Assembly: GCA_963850305.1 (NCBI GenBank)
Contig: CAWKKR010000004.1
Coordinates: 544,001 to 608,000 of the forward strand
Source of the DNA: an uncultured delta proteobacterium
GTDB lineage: Bacteria; Myxococcota_A; Polyangia; Polyangiales; Polyangiaceae
Direction: 5' to 3'
Length of the DNA stretch: 64,000 nt
The notes beneath the pieces are model-generated. The model did no database searches and was not told where the DNA came from. It saw only the letters and a list, made by a program, of their open reading frames with translations. The first letter of the stretch is position 1; each line of letters starts with the position of its first letter. A program made the position numbers and the translations under genes. Shown here piece by piece: positions 1 through 10,247 of the stretch.

Positions 1-5
1 CCGAA

Positions 6-425
6 TTGCCACCTCGCCTGGATCCGCCGATCCGCATCAAGCAATGCATGACCGCTGCGCCGCACTCGATCGGCAAAGATCAGCCGCTCGCCGTTGCCGG
101 CCGGGTCATGCGCCTGCACAGCATTCGCCACCTGCCGGTCCTCGATGAGAACAAGCTCGTCGGGATTCTGTCGGAGCGCGATGTTCACCTCGTCGGCTCG
201 GTTGCAGGCGTGGATCTGGAGCAAGTCGCCGTCGAGCGCGGCATGCACGAGGACGTCTATTGCGTGTCGCCGGAATCCCGCGTGGAGGACGTAGTCACGC
301 AGATGGCGGACCACCGATACGGTTCGGTGGCCGTCGTCGAGCACGGCAAGGTGATCGGTCTCTTCACGACGACCGACGCGCTGCGCCTTCTCGCGAGGCA
401 GCTGCACGAGTCCGGTGATTCATGA
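6..425 (+). CDS. CBS-domain pair protein
   Basis: Two CBS repeats (IRHLPVLDENKLVGILSERD; YGSVAVVEHGKVIGLFTTTDAL). The start lies at the window edge and is uncertain. Confidence 0.85.
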   Translation: MPPRLDPPIRIKQCMTAAPHSIGKDQPLAVAGRVMRLHSIRHLPVLDENKLVGILSERDVHLVGSVAGVDLEQVAVERGMHEDVYCVSPESRVEDVVTQMADHRYGSVAVVEHGKVIGLFTTTDALRLLARQLHESGDS

Positions 426-1556
426 CACGAGAACGCGGCAAACCGATGCGTGTCTGCCTGGTCGTCGGAGGAGGGGACGCCCCCGGAGTGAACGCCGTGA
501 TCCGCGGCTTCACGCATGCGGCCCGTCGCTTCTCGATAGAGGTGCTCGGCAGCAGATACGGCTTCGAGGGAATGATCGACCCGGCGGGGATCGCGCCCGT
601 TTCCCTTGCGGACATCCGCGGGATCTTGCCCAGGGGCGGATGTGTCCTCGGTTGTTCGACCCGCACCAACCCGTTCTTCGTTTCCACGCCCCACGAAGGA
701 ACCCGCAATCTGGGTCCAGAGATCGTCCATCGGCTGCGGTCCTCGGGGGTCGACGCGCTGGTGCTGGTCGGCGGTGACGGGACGATGCTGGCCGCCGGAC
801 GTTTTTCCGAGCTGGGAATGCCGTGCGTGGGCATTCCAAAGACGATCGACAACGACCTCGGTCAGACCGACCCGGCGTGCGGCTTCGACAGTGCCGTCGA
901 GACCGCGACCGCCGCGGTCGACGCCTTGCATTCGACGGCCGAAGCCCACGCGCGCGTCATGCTCGTCGAGGTCATGGGGCGAAACGCCGGATTCATCGCG
1001 CTGCATGCGGGACTGGCGGGCGGCGCGGACGTGATTCTCGTCCCGGAAATCCCGTATCGTCTGGACCGCGTCGTCGAGAAGATTCGCGAACGCGAGGCCC
1101 TGGGATTGCGATTTTCCGATCATCGTCGTGGCTGAAGGGGCAGCACCTGCCGGAGGCCATATCCTCGAGATCGAAGAGGGCCGCCCAGGCCACCTTCCGC
1201 GCCTCGGTGGGGCAGGAGCTCGTCTGGTTTCCGAGCTCGAAGGAGCCCATCTCGGACACGAGGTGCGATTGACCGTCCTGGGGCACCTCCAGCGCGGAGG
1301 CTCGCCGTCCGCGTTCGATCGCAACCTCGGAACGCGACTTGGCACCTACGCCGCCGAGCTGTGCCACAGAGGCGAGCTCGGCCGCCGGATCGTGACGCGC
1401 GACGGGGAACTCGCTTCCTTGTCGCTGTCGGAGCCCATCGCGCACAAGCGGGTTGCCACGACCGATTCGCTGGTAAGCGCCGCGCGACTCATCGGCATCG
1501 AGTTCGGGGACTCGGTTCCCGTCCTCGAGTCGGACCGCGCCCCGATCGGCCACTGA
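422..1556 (+). CDS. pfkA: 6-phosphofructokinase (PfkA family), frameshift near 1115-1128
   Basis: GGGDAPGVNAVIRG, GGDGT, PKTIDND and VEVMGRNAG in ORF 422-1135; VAEG and LGHLQRGGSPSAFDR continue in ORF 1128-1556. Confidence 0.9.
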
Positions 1557-1619
1557 GGGGTCGCGCGCTCCCCGAGCGGAGCGAAGCGGAGGACCGATCG
1601 AGGCGAGCCCCGGGGATGG

Positions 1620-2614
1620 CTATCGCTGCTCTCCGAGCATGCGGGCGTAGTTGAGCCGCTCCCACGCGTGGGGATCCGGCGCGGAGCGCAGATCGAGAAC
1701 GCCGCGCGCTTCGGCGCTCGACCGGTACCCCTTTTCGTTCAGGACGCTCACGAGCTCGTCTCGAATGACGGCGGCATATCGCGGGCCGTGCACGAGCAGC
1801 ACGGAGGCCAGCTGCACGACGTGAGCGCCGCTCAAGATGCTCTTCGCCGCGTCCCGCCCGGAGTGCACTCCGCCCGTGCACCCGAGAGACAGCCCGGACG
1901 TCGTGGAAAGCACGGCGAGGGCGTGCAAGCGGAGCGGCAGTTCGGCAGGCGTCGACAGGACCAGCCGCCGATCGACGTCGAGCGTGTCGAGGTCTATGTC
2001 GGGCTGGTAAAAGCGGTTGAAGACCGTGGCGCCACGGGCACCCGCCTGTTCCAGCTGGGCCACGAACGACGGGACGGATGCATAGAACGGCGTCAACTTC
2101 ACGTTCACGGGTAGAGCCACGGCCTCGACCACTGCTCGAACGACGTGGAGCTGTCGTCGTTCGACCGCCGCGCCCGTCTCGTCCGCGGACGTGGCGACCT
2201 CGTAAAGGTTCAGCTCGAGCGCGCTCGCGCCGGCGGCCTCGAGCCGTTTGGCATACGAGGTCCACCCGCCCGGGGTCGTCCCGTTGAGCGAAGCGACGAT
2301 CGGCACGTCGACGCGCTTTCTGAGACGTTCGAGCTCCGCGAGGTACGGCTCGGCGTCCACGGGGAACACGTCTTGCGGACCGAGGACACTCGTCGCCTCC
2401 GCGTCGTGGTCGACTCGCGCGTCGAAGAACCGATGGGCGGCCATCTGCTCGTGAACGAGCTGCTCCTCGAAAAGCGAGTGCATCACGACGGCGCCGGCCC
2501 CCGCTTCGACGGCAGCGGCGATCGCCTCGGGATCCTTCGAGAGCGGGCTCGCCGACGACGACGAGCGGGCTTCGCAAGGGGAGTCCGAGCCATGTCGGTG
2601 GCCAGGTCAATCAT
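1620..2614 (-). CDS. Dihydroorotate dehydrogenase-like FMN protein (frameshifts in the 5' part)
   Basis: MIDLAT..WLGLPLRSPL, SLFEEQ, PIVASLNG, ELNLY, VKLTPFY, FNRFYQPDID, TGGVH. The ATG at 2614 overlaps the PFOR stop (ATGA). Confidence 0.85.
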
Positions 2615-5600
2615 TGGTACGTCTCCGCGAGGGGAAGGTGGATGCGCGCGAGCTGCTCGTAGAGCGCAGCGCCGTTGTTTCACCGCGCACGCGAGACGCG
2701 GCGAGCAGCGCCGCGTATCGCTCCGGCGAGCGGAGCTCCACCATCCGAAACCGCGCTTCGTTCTCCATGTACGTTCGCGACGTCGAGCTTCGCCGGGCCC
2801 GAGTCGAGGATCAGCGGGGCCTCACCTGCGATCGATCCGGTCGCGGATCGAACCGATAGAGCGGCCACATGCCGCTGTCGATTGCCCGCTTCTGCTGTGA
2901 CGGCGAATGAACGAGGTCGTAGCCGTGAGCGATGCAGGGGCTGTGGGCGATGAGGAGGGAAGGCCGGGGTGGCGCTCGGCTTCGAGGAACGCCTCCACCG
3001 TCTGGGCGCTGCGTGACTGCATCGCGACCTCCGCGACGTAGACATGCCCGTAGCTCATCGCGAGCAGGCCCAGGTCTTTCTTGCGTGTCGACTTGCCCGC
3101 AGTCGCAAACTTCGCGGCCGCGCCGAGGGGCGTGGCCTTGGACTGCTGCCCGCCGGTGTTGGAGTAGACCTCGGTATCGAGGACGAGAACATTGACGTTC
3201 TTGCCGGAAGCGAGCACGTGGTCGAGGCCGCCGTAGCCGATATCGTAAGCCCATCCGTCGCCGCCCACGATCCAGACGGCTCGTCGGCACGAGGGCGGCG
3301 CGCCAGCTCTCGAAGCGCCCGGGCCTCGGGAGAGGCGTCGTGTTCGAGGATCGCGACGAGCGCGCGCCACGCGCTCGCGCTGTGCGTCGAGCCACGAGTC
3401 GTTCGCTCCCACATCGAGGAGCGCCTCGACGAGCGCCGCGCCGAGACGCCCCGCCATCGAACCGAGGCAGCGCGTTCGCGCGCTCGGCGCGCGACGTCCA
3501 GCGCGAGGCGCATACCGAGACCGAACTCGGCATTGTCTTCGAAGAGCGAGTTGGACCACGCCGGGCCGTGGCCGTCGCGATTCTTGGTGTACGGAGTCGT
3601 CGGCAGATTCCCGCCGTAGATCGACGAGCAGCCCGTGGCATTGGCGATCAGGAGATGATCGCCGAAGAGCTGGGTGAGGAGACGCAGGTACGGCGTCTCG
3701 CCACAACCGGCGCACGCCCCCGAGAACTCGAACAGCGGCAGCGCGGAGCGCCGCCGTTCGCTTGTTGATTGCGCGAGCCCCTCGAGCGGCGCAGACTGGA
3801 GCGTCAGGAAGAATGCGAAGGCCTCCCGCTCCGCGTCGCGGTTCGCCTCGAGCGGCCCCGAGACGAGCGCCTTGCGGCGCGGTTGCAGCCGGTCCTTCGC
3901 CGGGCAGACCTCGATGCAGAGCCCGCAGCCCGTGCAATCCTCGGGCGCGACCTGAACGGAGTACTGAAGCCCTTTCAACGACGACTCGAACGTCTCTGGG
4001 ACCGAACGGAAACTCGCCGGGGCCCGTGCGAGCTGCGCGGGGTCGAAGACCTTGGTCTGGATTGCCGTATGCGGGCAGACCATCGAACAGAAGTTGCACT
4101 GGACGCAGACGTCGGGTTGCCAGATCGGGATCTCCAGGGCGAGGGCGCGCTTCTCGAACCGACTCGTCCCGGTGGGCCAGGTGCCGTCGGGCGGGAAGGC
4201 GCTCACGGGTAGATCGTCGCCTCGGCCTTCCATCAGAAGCCTCGTCACTCGCTGAACGAACTCGGGCGCCTGCACCGGCACCGTGGGAGCTCGCTGGCGC
4301 TCGGTCGAGACCTCCGTGGGTACCGCTATCTCGTGCAGCTCGGCGAGCGCGGATTCGACCGCACTCATGTTGCGCTTGACGATCTCCGGGACCACGCCGT
4401 CCCCAGGTCTCCTCGATGGAGCGCCTCACGAACATCATGGCCTGCTCGAGAGGCAGGACCTTCGACAGCGCGAAGAAGCAGGCTTGCATGACCGTATTGA
4501 TTCGTCGTCCGAGTCCTGCGTGCTCCGCGACGCCATAGCCGTCGATGACGAACAGGCGACATCGCGAGCGTACGAGCTGCCCCTGCACCTCCAGCGGCAG
4601 CGAAGCCCAGACACGCTCCGGGGGAAGCGGCGTGTTCAAGAGCACCGTCGTCCCTTCCATCGCCGCGGACAGTACGTCTCTCCGCTCGAGAAACCCCGGG
4701 TCATGAACGGCGATGAACTGCGCGCGCCGGATGCGATACGTCGAGCGGATGACACGGGGCCCGAAGCGCAGGTGCGACGTCGTGGTGGAACCGGCTTTTC
4801 TCGAGTCGTACTCGAAGTATCCTTGAGCGAAGAGCGACGTCTCCTCGCCGATGATCTTGATGGTCGCCTTGTTCGCCGAGACGGTTCCGTCGGCGCCCAA
4901 CCCGAAGAAGAGAGCGCGCGAGACGTCGTCCGGCTCGGGGTCGAAACTGGAGTCGACCGCGAGCGAGGAGCCGGACACGTCGTCTCGGATGCCGACCGTG
5001 AAATGTCGCTTCGGCTGCTCGGCCTTCATGTTGTCGAACACGGCCTTCACCATGGCCGGAGAGAACTCCTTGGATGCCAGGCCGTAGCGACCGCCGAGCA
5101 GTCGCGGGAGCGAGGGCAGGGTCCCACGCGCCCCGGCCTCCACGAGGGCAGACGTTACCTCCTGGAAAAGAGGCTCGCCGGATGCACCGGGCTCCTTCGT
5201 TCGATCGAGCACGGTGACCGCGAGCGCGCTGGGCGGGAGCGCAGCCAGGAAGTGGTCGACGGAGAAAGGACGAAACAGTCGAACCTTGACGACTCCCACG
5301 CGCTCGCCGTCGTCGAGCAAGCGTTCCACCGTTTCGTGCGCGCATTCGGCGCCGGATCCCATCAAAACGACCACGCGGTCCGCTTCGGGGTGACCGACGT
5401 AGTCGAACGGCCGATATCGACGTCCGGTCAGCTCGGCGAAGCGCTCCATGGTCTCGTGGACAACGGCCGGGAATCCCGCGTAGAACGGCTCGACCGCTTC
5501 GCGCGATTGAAAGTAAGCGTCCGGGTTCTGCGAGGTGCCGCGGACCACGGGGTGATCGGGATCGAGCGCACGAGCGCGATGCGATCGAACGGCGTCCTCG

Positions 5601-6193
5601 CCGAGCAGTGCTCTCAACGCCTCGTCTTCGAGGGGGAGAACCTTCGTGATCTCGTGCGACGTGCGAAACCCGTCGAAGAAATGAAGGACCGGGATTCGTC
5701 CGCGGAGCGTGGCGGCGTGACCGATGGCTGCCAGGTCCTGCGCCTCCTGGGCCGAACCCGAGCAAAGGAGCGCCATTCCGGTGCCGCGGGCAGCCATGAC
5801 GTCGGAGTGGTCTCCGAAGATCGACAGAGCGTGCGTCGCGACGGTGCGAGCCGCCACGTGCATGCAAAACGACGTGAGCTCGCCGGCGATCTTGAACAGG
5901 TTCGGAAGCATGAGGAGAAGCCCTTGCGACGCCGTGAACGTGGTCGCGAGCGCACCCGCCTGGAGCGCCCCATGAATCGCGCCCGCCGCCCCGCCTTCGG
6001 ACTGCATTTCGGTCACCGTCGGAATCGCCCCGAACACGTTGGGCCGACGGTCGGCGGACCAGGCATCCGCGTGCTCACCCATCACGGAGGCCGGCGTGAT
6101 CGGGTAAATGGCGATGACCTCGCTCGCTCGATACGCAACGTCGGCGACGGCCTCGTTGGCGTCCACGGTTCGATGGCGCGGCGACGTGGTCAA
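2611..6193 (-). CDS. nifJ: Pyruvate:ferredoxin/flavodoxin oxidoreductase, single-chain (multiple frameshifts)
   Basis: AIYPITPAS, EMQSEGGAAG, TFTASQGLLLM, GLGADGTVSANK, two 4Fe-4S motifs (CVQCNFCSMVCP, CTGCGLCIEVCP), FSGACAGCGETPY, TPP motif GGDGWAYDIG, SPCIAHG. Spread over several frames; TTG start with GGAAGGAG RBS. Confidence 0.95.
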
Positions 6194-7545
6194 GGCTGCT
6201 CCTTCCCGACAAGTCCGAAGTGCTCACGCTGAACGGAGTGGTTGCTCGACAGACGTTCGGCGATCTTCTCCCCGCACCGCACCGCGCCCTCCACCCACGG
6301 GTGATTGAGATAATCCCCACAGAGCCAGACCCCCCCCTCGCCTTGCCCCTTGTTCCAGAAATCCTTCACTCGCGTGACCTGACCCGTCCCGTAGACCGGA
6401 ATCGCCCGGGGCAGTCGTTCGACAGAAAGCGAGGTAAGGTGCCCGTCGAACCTCGGAATCAAGCGACCGACCTCACCGGCCACGATGCGCGATACCGCCC
6501 CGTCTTCGACCTCGAATAGATCGTCCGCTCCCTCCTCGTGCAGCCAGACGCTCAGTACGCGTCGCGCTCCCGAGTCCAGGGGCTCGCACAGATCGTTGGA
6601 CACCCCGGAAACCAGCCGACTCTCGCAGAACGGGATCCAGGCGCCTTCAAAGGCCTTTGCGTGTTCGATGGCTACCGAGTAGGCGCACAGAATCGTCCGA
6701 GACGACACGGCCCGCTCGAGCACGTGCATTTGCGCTGCGGTCGGCGTCTTCAGCAGAGCGCGAGCCACCTCCGCCGTCGTCGCGACGACGGCGGCATCGC
6801 AGCGCGCGCTTCCGTCCGGCCACTCGACATCGACCCCGCCTCCGGACAGCGCCGAAACGGACCGTACCTCGACGCCGTATCGGACCGGGAGTTTCGCCGC
6901 TAGCGCCGACGGCAGACTTCGCATGTGCCCCCGAAGCGCGCACAGCCGAAACCGACCGCGCGACAGCAGGAGTGCGGCCAGTGCTTCGAAATACTTCGCA
7001 CTCATCTTGTTCGCGCCGTGGAAGTGGAACGTGCGGATGAACGCGTCGACGAGGTATGCGGTGGCTTCGTCGCCGACGTGTCGCCGCGCGAATGTCTCGC
7101 AATCCTCCGTGTCGAATGAGTCGCTGCCGACCGAGAGGTCGAAAAAGTCGACCTGGTGTTGCCACGTCCGGGCCTCGAGGAGCGTCAGGAAGAGTCGAAT
7201 TCTCGCCTCGAACGACAGGCCTCGGTACCGAAGGACGTCTCCGGGGCCGCCCGGAGAGAACGACGCGAGCTCGCGATCATGCACGACGCCGCCCTCGGCT
7301 CCGTCAGGAAGCTCGGTCCAGCGGTCACCCAAGCCAACCTCGGTGGCGAGCGCCCTGGTCCGCTCGTAGCTGTCGAGGAGCATGTGGGCTCCGGTATCGA
7401 TATCGAGACCGAGCGCCGTAGTCGTCCACATCCGGCCACCGGGGTGAGACGCCGCTTCGAGCACGTGAACCGTATGACCCGCCTGCCGAACTCGGAATGC
7501 AGCGGTGAGCCCGGAAATGCCTGCACCGACGACGACGATGTTCAC
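6190..7545 (-). CDS. FAD-dependent oxidoreductase (HemY/amine-oxidase superfamily)
   Basis: N-terminal VVVGAGISGL..EAASHPGGR, DTGAH, C-terminal LCGDY..WVEGAVRCG. Confidence 0.8.
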   Translation of the reverse strand: MNIVVVGAGISGLTAAFRVRQAGHTVHVLEAASHPGGRMWTTTALGLDIDTGAHMLLDSYERTRALATEVGLGDRWTELPDGAEGGVVHDRELASFSPGGPGDVLRYRGLSFEARIRLFLTLLEARTWQHQVDFFDLSVGSDSFDTEDCETFARRHVGDEATAYLVDAFIRTFHFHGANKMSAKYFEALAALLLSRGRFRLCALRGHMRSLPSALAAKLPVRYGVEVRSVSALSGGGVDVEWPDGSARCDAAVVATTAEVARALLKTPTAAQMHVLERAVSSRTILCAYSVAIEHAKAFEGAWIPFCESRLVSGVSNDLCEPLDSGARRVLSVWLHEEGADDLFEVEDGAVSRIVAGEVGRLIPRFDGHLTSLSVERLPRAIPVYGTGQVTRVKDFWNKGQGEGGVWLCGDYLNHPWVEGAVRCGEKIAERLSSNHSVQREHFGLVGKEQP

Positions 7546-9059
7546 GAGTCCCTCTGCATGAGCTCTTCATAGAGCCGAATTCCCGACGCGACCGTAGCAC
7601 CGATGCTCGGGTAGCCTGCGGTGGCGTTGACGAGAAACAGATTATCGAGCGGCGTGTCGAAGCTCACGCGCGGCCAGCGCGTATTCTCCGGGGTCAGCGC
7701 CGCGCCGTAGGAGTTGCCGCGCGGCGACCAACAATAATGCTCGTTCGTGAGTGGCGTTCCGACCACTCGAATGGCCAATTTACTGCGGAGGCCCGGAACG
7801 TACTCCGCTTCCAGAATGTCCAGGATGGTGTTCCGGACCTTCGTCTTTTCGTCGTTGTACGCTCTCCGGCCTCGTCCCCGGAGCGCGTCGAACTGGGCGT
7901 AGTCGCAGCTCGTCGCGACCTCGAGCACCTGGTGACCCCGAGGGGCTATGCCGGGCTGGTCCGTGTGTAACGTCGGCGTCGCGAGGAACAGCCACGGATT
8001 CGACAGATCATGGCCCTCGAGCTGATCACGATAGATGCGATTGAGGTCGTCGTGAGGGTAGCGCCACACGTTGAAGGAGCCGAACCCGTGCTCTCGGAGG
8101 TCACACTCCTCGACGCCGAGGTACATCGTGAATGTGCTGCAGGAGTACTCGTACTCGAGCCTTTTGCGGTACGCCGCGGGAAAGTACTCGGCGCCGCTGA
8201 GTTCCACCGTGCGCGCCGGATCGAGATTGGAAACGTAACGCCTCGCGCGGAACGTCTCGCCCTTGGTCGTCACGACGCGATCGACGCGCCCCCCCGCCAC
8301 GACGATCCGAGCGACCTCGTGAGACAGCAAGACCTTGCAACCGGCCTGCGCCTCGATGCGTTCGACGACCTGGTCGATGAGATGGGAAAAGTGCTTCTCT
8401 GGGTAGTACGCGCCGCAGTCATAGGACGACACCAGCGATACGTGGAGCAGCAGGGACACGCGCTCCGGCGGCAGCAGATAGTCACCAGCCTGTCCCGCAA
8501 GGACTGCCTGGAGACGTCGCGGCATGTGCAAGTCGTCGTAGAGGCGCTGGAGCGTCCAGTTCCGGTAGCGGATGAGGTGGGGGAAATGCAGCGGCGCCGT
8601 CGCCAGGTCCCGCAAGCCCGGAGATCCGGGCAAGCGTGAGATCTCTTCACGGATCGCCATGACCGTCGCGAAGTAGCTCCTCAGCGGCTTTTCCGCGTCC
8701 GGGAATCGGCGAATTAGCCGATCGCGAAACTTCGAGAGCCCCGTCGGGATCCGAAATCGTTCACCGGCGAGGTCGATTCGATCGAACCCCTCCGGATCCA
8801 GCCGGCGGAACCGGACGTCCGCGCCGATGCGCGACAGGAAATCGTGAACCGGCTCCCCCTCGCCGCACCCGAAGATGTAGTGCACCTGCGCGCAAAACCG
8901 ATAGTCCCCCATGGGGAACGTGTGGGCGTACCCGCCCGGGTATTCGTGCGATTCGAGGATGAGCACCCTCCTGCCCGCTCGAGCGAGCAACGCGCCGACG
9001 GTGAGGCCCGCCATACCCGAGCCGATGACGAGATCGTCGTATTCGGCAGGCATCATCAT
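7542..9059 (-). CDS. Phytoene desaturase / retinol saturase family FAD oxidoreductase
   Basis: YDDLVIGSGMAGL..LESHEYPGGYAHTF, GTPLTNEHY, GNSYGA, TPLDNLFLV. Start placed at the MMM run (9059/9056/9053). Confidence 0.8.
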   Translation of the reverse strand: MMMPAEYDDLVIGSGMAGLTVGALLARAGRRVLILESHEYPGGYAHTFPMGDYRFCAQVHYIFGCGEGEPVHDFLSRIGADVRFRRLDPEGFDRIDLAGERFRIPTGLSKFRDRLIRRFPDAEKPLRSYFATVMAIREEISRLPGSPGLRDLATAPLHFPHLIRYRNWTLQRLYDDLHMPRRLQAVLAGQAGDYLLPPERVSLLLHVSLVSSYDCGAYYPEKHFSHLIDQVVERIEAQAGCKVLLSHEVARIVVAGGRVDRVVTTKGETFRARRYVSNLDPARTVELSGAEYFPAAYRKRLEYEYSCSTFTMYLGVEECDLREHGFGSFNVWRYPHDDLNRIYRDQLEGHDLSNPWLFLATPTLHTDQPGIAPRGHQVLEVATSCDYAQFDALRGRGRRAYNDEKTKVRNTILDILEAEYVPGLRSKLAIRVVGTPLTNEHYCWSPRGNSYGAALTPENTRWPRVSFDTPLDNLFLVNATAGYPSIGATVASGIRLYEELMQRDS

Positions 9060-9185
9060 GCAGCTTTCACCGTGCCGATGTCGGACCACGCGATCGTGGT
9101 GCCGCTTGCGGAAGTCCGATGCGAAGGGCCAATCATGGGCATGGCAGGTTCCTGCGGTGAACGAGGCCGACTCGTCGATCGGCCC

Positions 9186-9202
9186 TGCATCAAGCGGTCC
9201 AG
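9186..9202 (-). promoter_or_regulatory. Possible sigma54 promoter for the oxidoreductase-PFOR operon
   Basis: CTGGACCGCTTGATGCA has GG-N10-GC spacing but is a weak consensus match. Confidence 0.35.
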
Positions 9203-9410
9203 GCACCGTTCCGCCCTCGCTTCACGCGGCATCGGGCTGATGCCGCGCGCGAAATGCACGCACCTGCGTCTTTTCGCGTCGTTTCCGTGCGCTCTCGGCT
9301 CGGCCCGGGCAAACCGATGTGAAGACGGTCGACGCTTCCCCCCGTTGCGCTCGCGCCGTGCAGCACCTTCGTCTTGGTGCAAGGCGTGCACCTCAGCTGG
9401 GGATGCGGGT

Positions 9411-9426
9411 GGGCACGCGGATTGCT
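9411..9426 (+). promoter_or_regulatory. sigma54 (-24/-12) promoter
   Basis: GGGCACGCGGATTGCT versus consensus TGGCACG-N4-TTGCW, just upstream of the ATG at 9444. Confidence 0.7.
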
Positions 9427-9443
9427 TGGAAACCAAGAACGAT

Positions 9444-10247
9444 ATGGCGAATCGAGGCGCGTTCGACGGGTTGGCTACGCCGCGCGAGCGGATCGCGCAG
9501 GGCAGGTTCGGCTTACCCGCGAGTGTCCGCGCCTGCTTGTTCGATCTGGACGGCGTGCTCACGCTCACCGCGAAGGTCCACGCCGCCGCATGGAAGGAGA
9601 CGTTCGATGCGTTCCTCGTCGCCCGCGCGACGGCAACCGGCACCCCCTTCGTCGCCTTCGACGCGCTCGACGACTACGAGCGCTACGTCGACGGAAAGCC
9701 GCGTCTGGACGGCACTCGATCGTTCCTCATGGGGCGAAACATCGAGCTCCCGGAAGGCAGCCCCCGAGACCCGCCCGACGCGCAAACCATCTTCGGGCTC
9801 GCGAATCGGAAGAACGAGGCCGTGAAGCGCTTGCTCGCGGAGAAGCGCGTCGAGCCGTACCGGGGATCGGTGCGTTACGTTCGGGCCGTTCGCGAGGGTG
9901 GACTTCGCACGGCCGTCGTCTCGTCGAGTCGCAATTGCCGGCTCGTGCTGACATCGGCCGGAATCACCGACCTGTTCGACGCGATCGTCGACGGAGTCGT
10001 GGCCAGAGAGAAGAACCTTCCCGGCAAGCCCGCGCCCGACACGTACCTTGCGGCAGCGCGAATGCTGGACGTTGCCGGGTCACACGCAGCCGTTTTCGAG
10101 GACGCATTGGCCGGCGTCGAGGCCGGGCGCGCGGGCGGATTCGGCTACGTCGTGGGCGTCGATCGCGTGGGCCAGGCGCAGGAACTCGGGCGCCACGGTG
10201 CAAACGTCGTGGTCGATGATCTGAGCGAGCTCCTCGAGGTCGAATGA
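9444..10247 (+). CDS. Beta-phosphoglucomutase family HAD hydrolase
   Basis: CLFDLDGVLT, VSSSRN, GKPAPD, VFEDALAGVEAGRAG. Start uncertain. Confidence 0.88.
   Translation: MANRGAFDGLATPRERIAQGRFGLPASVRACLFDLDGVLTLTAKVHAAAWKETFDAFLVARATATGTPFVAFDALDDYERYVDGKPRLDGTRSFLMGRNIELPEGSPRDPPDAQTIFGLANRKNEAVKRLLAEKRVEPYRGSVRYVRAVREGGLRTAVVSSSRNCRLVLTSAGITDLFDAIVDGVVAREKNLPGKPAPDTYLAAARMLDVAGSHAAVFEDALAGVEAGRAGGFGYVVGVDRVGQAQELGRHGANVVVDDLSELLEVE

Noticed and set aside
9062..9077. sigma54-like CGGCACGGTGAAAGCT on the minus strand
   Set aside because: Poor -12 context, and the predicted +1 would fall at or inside the start codons.
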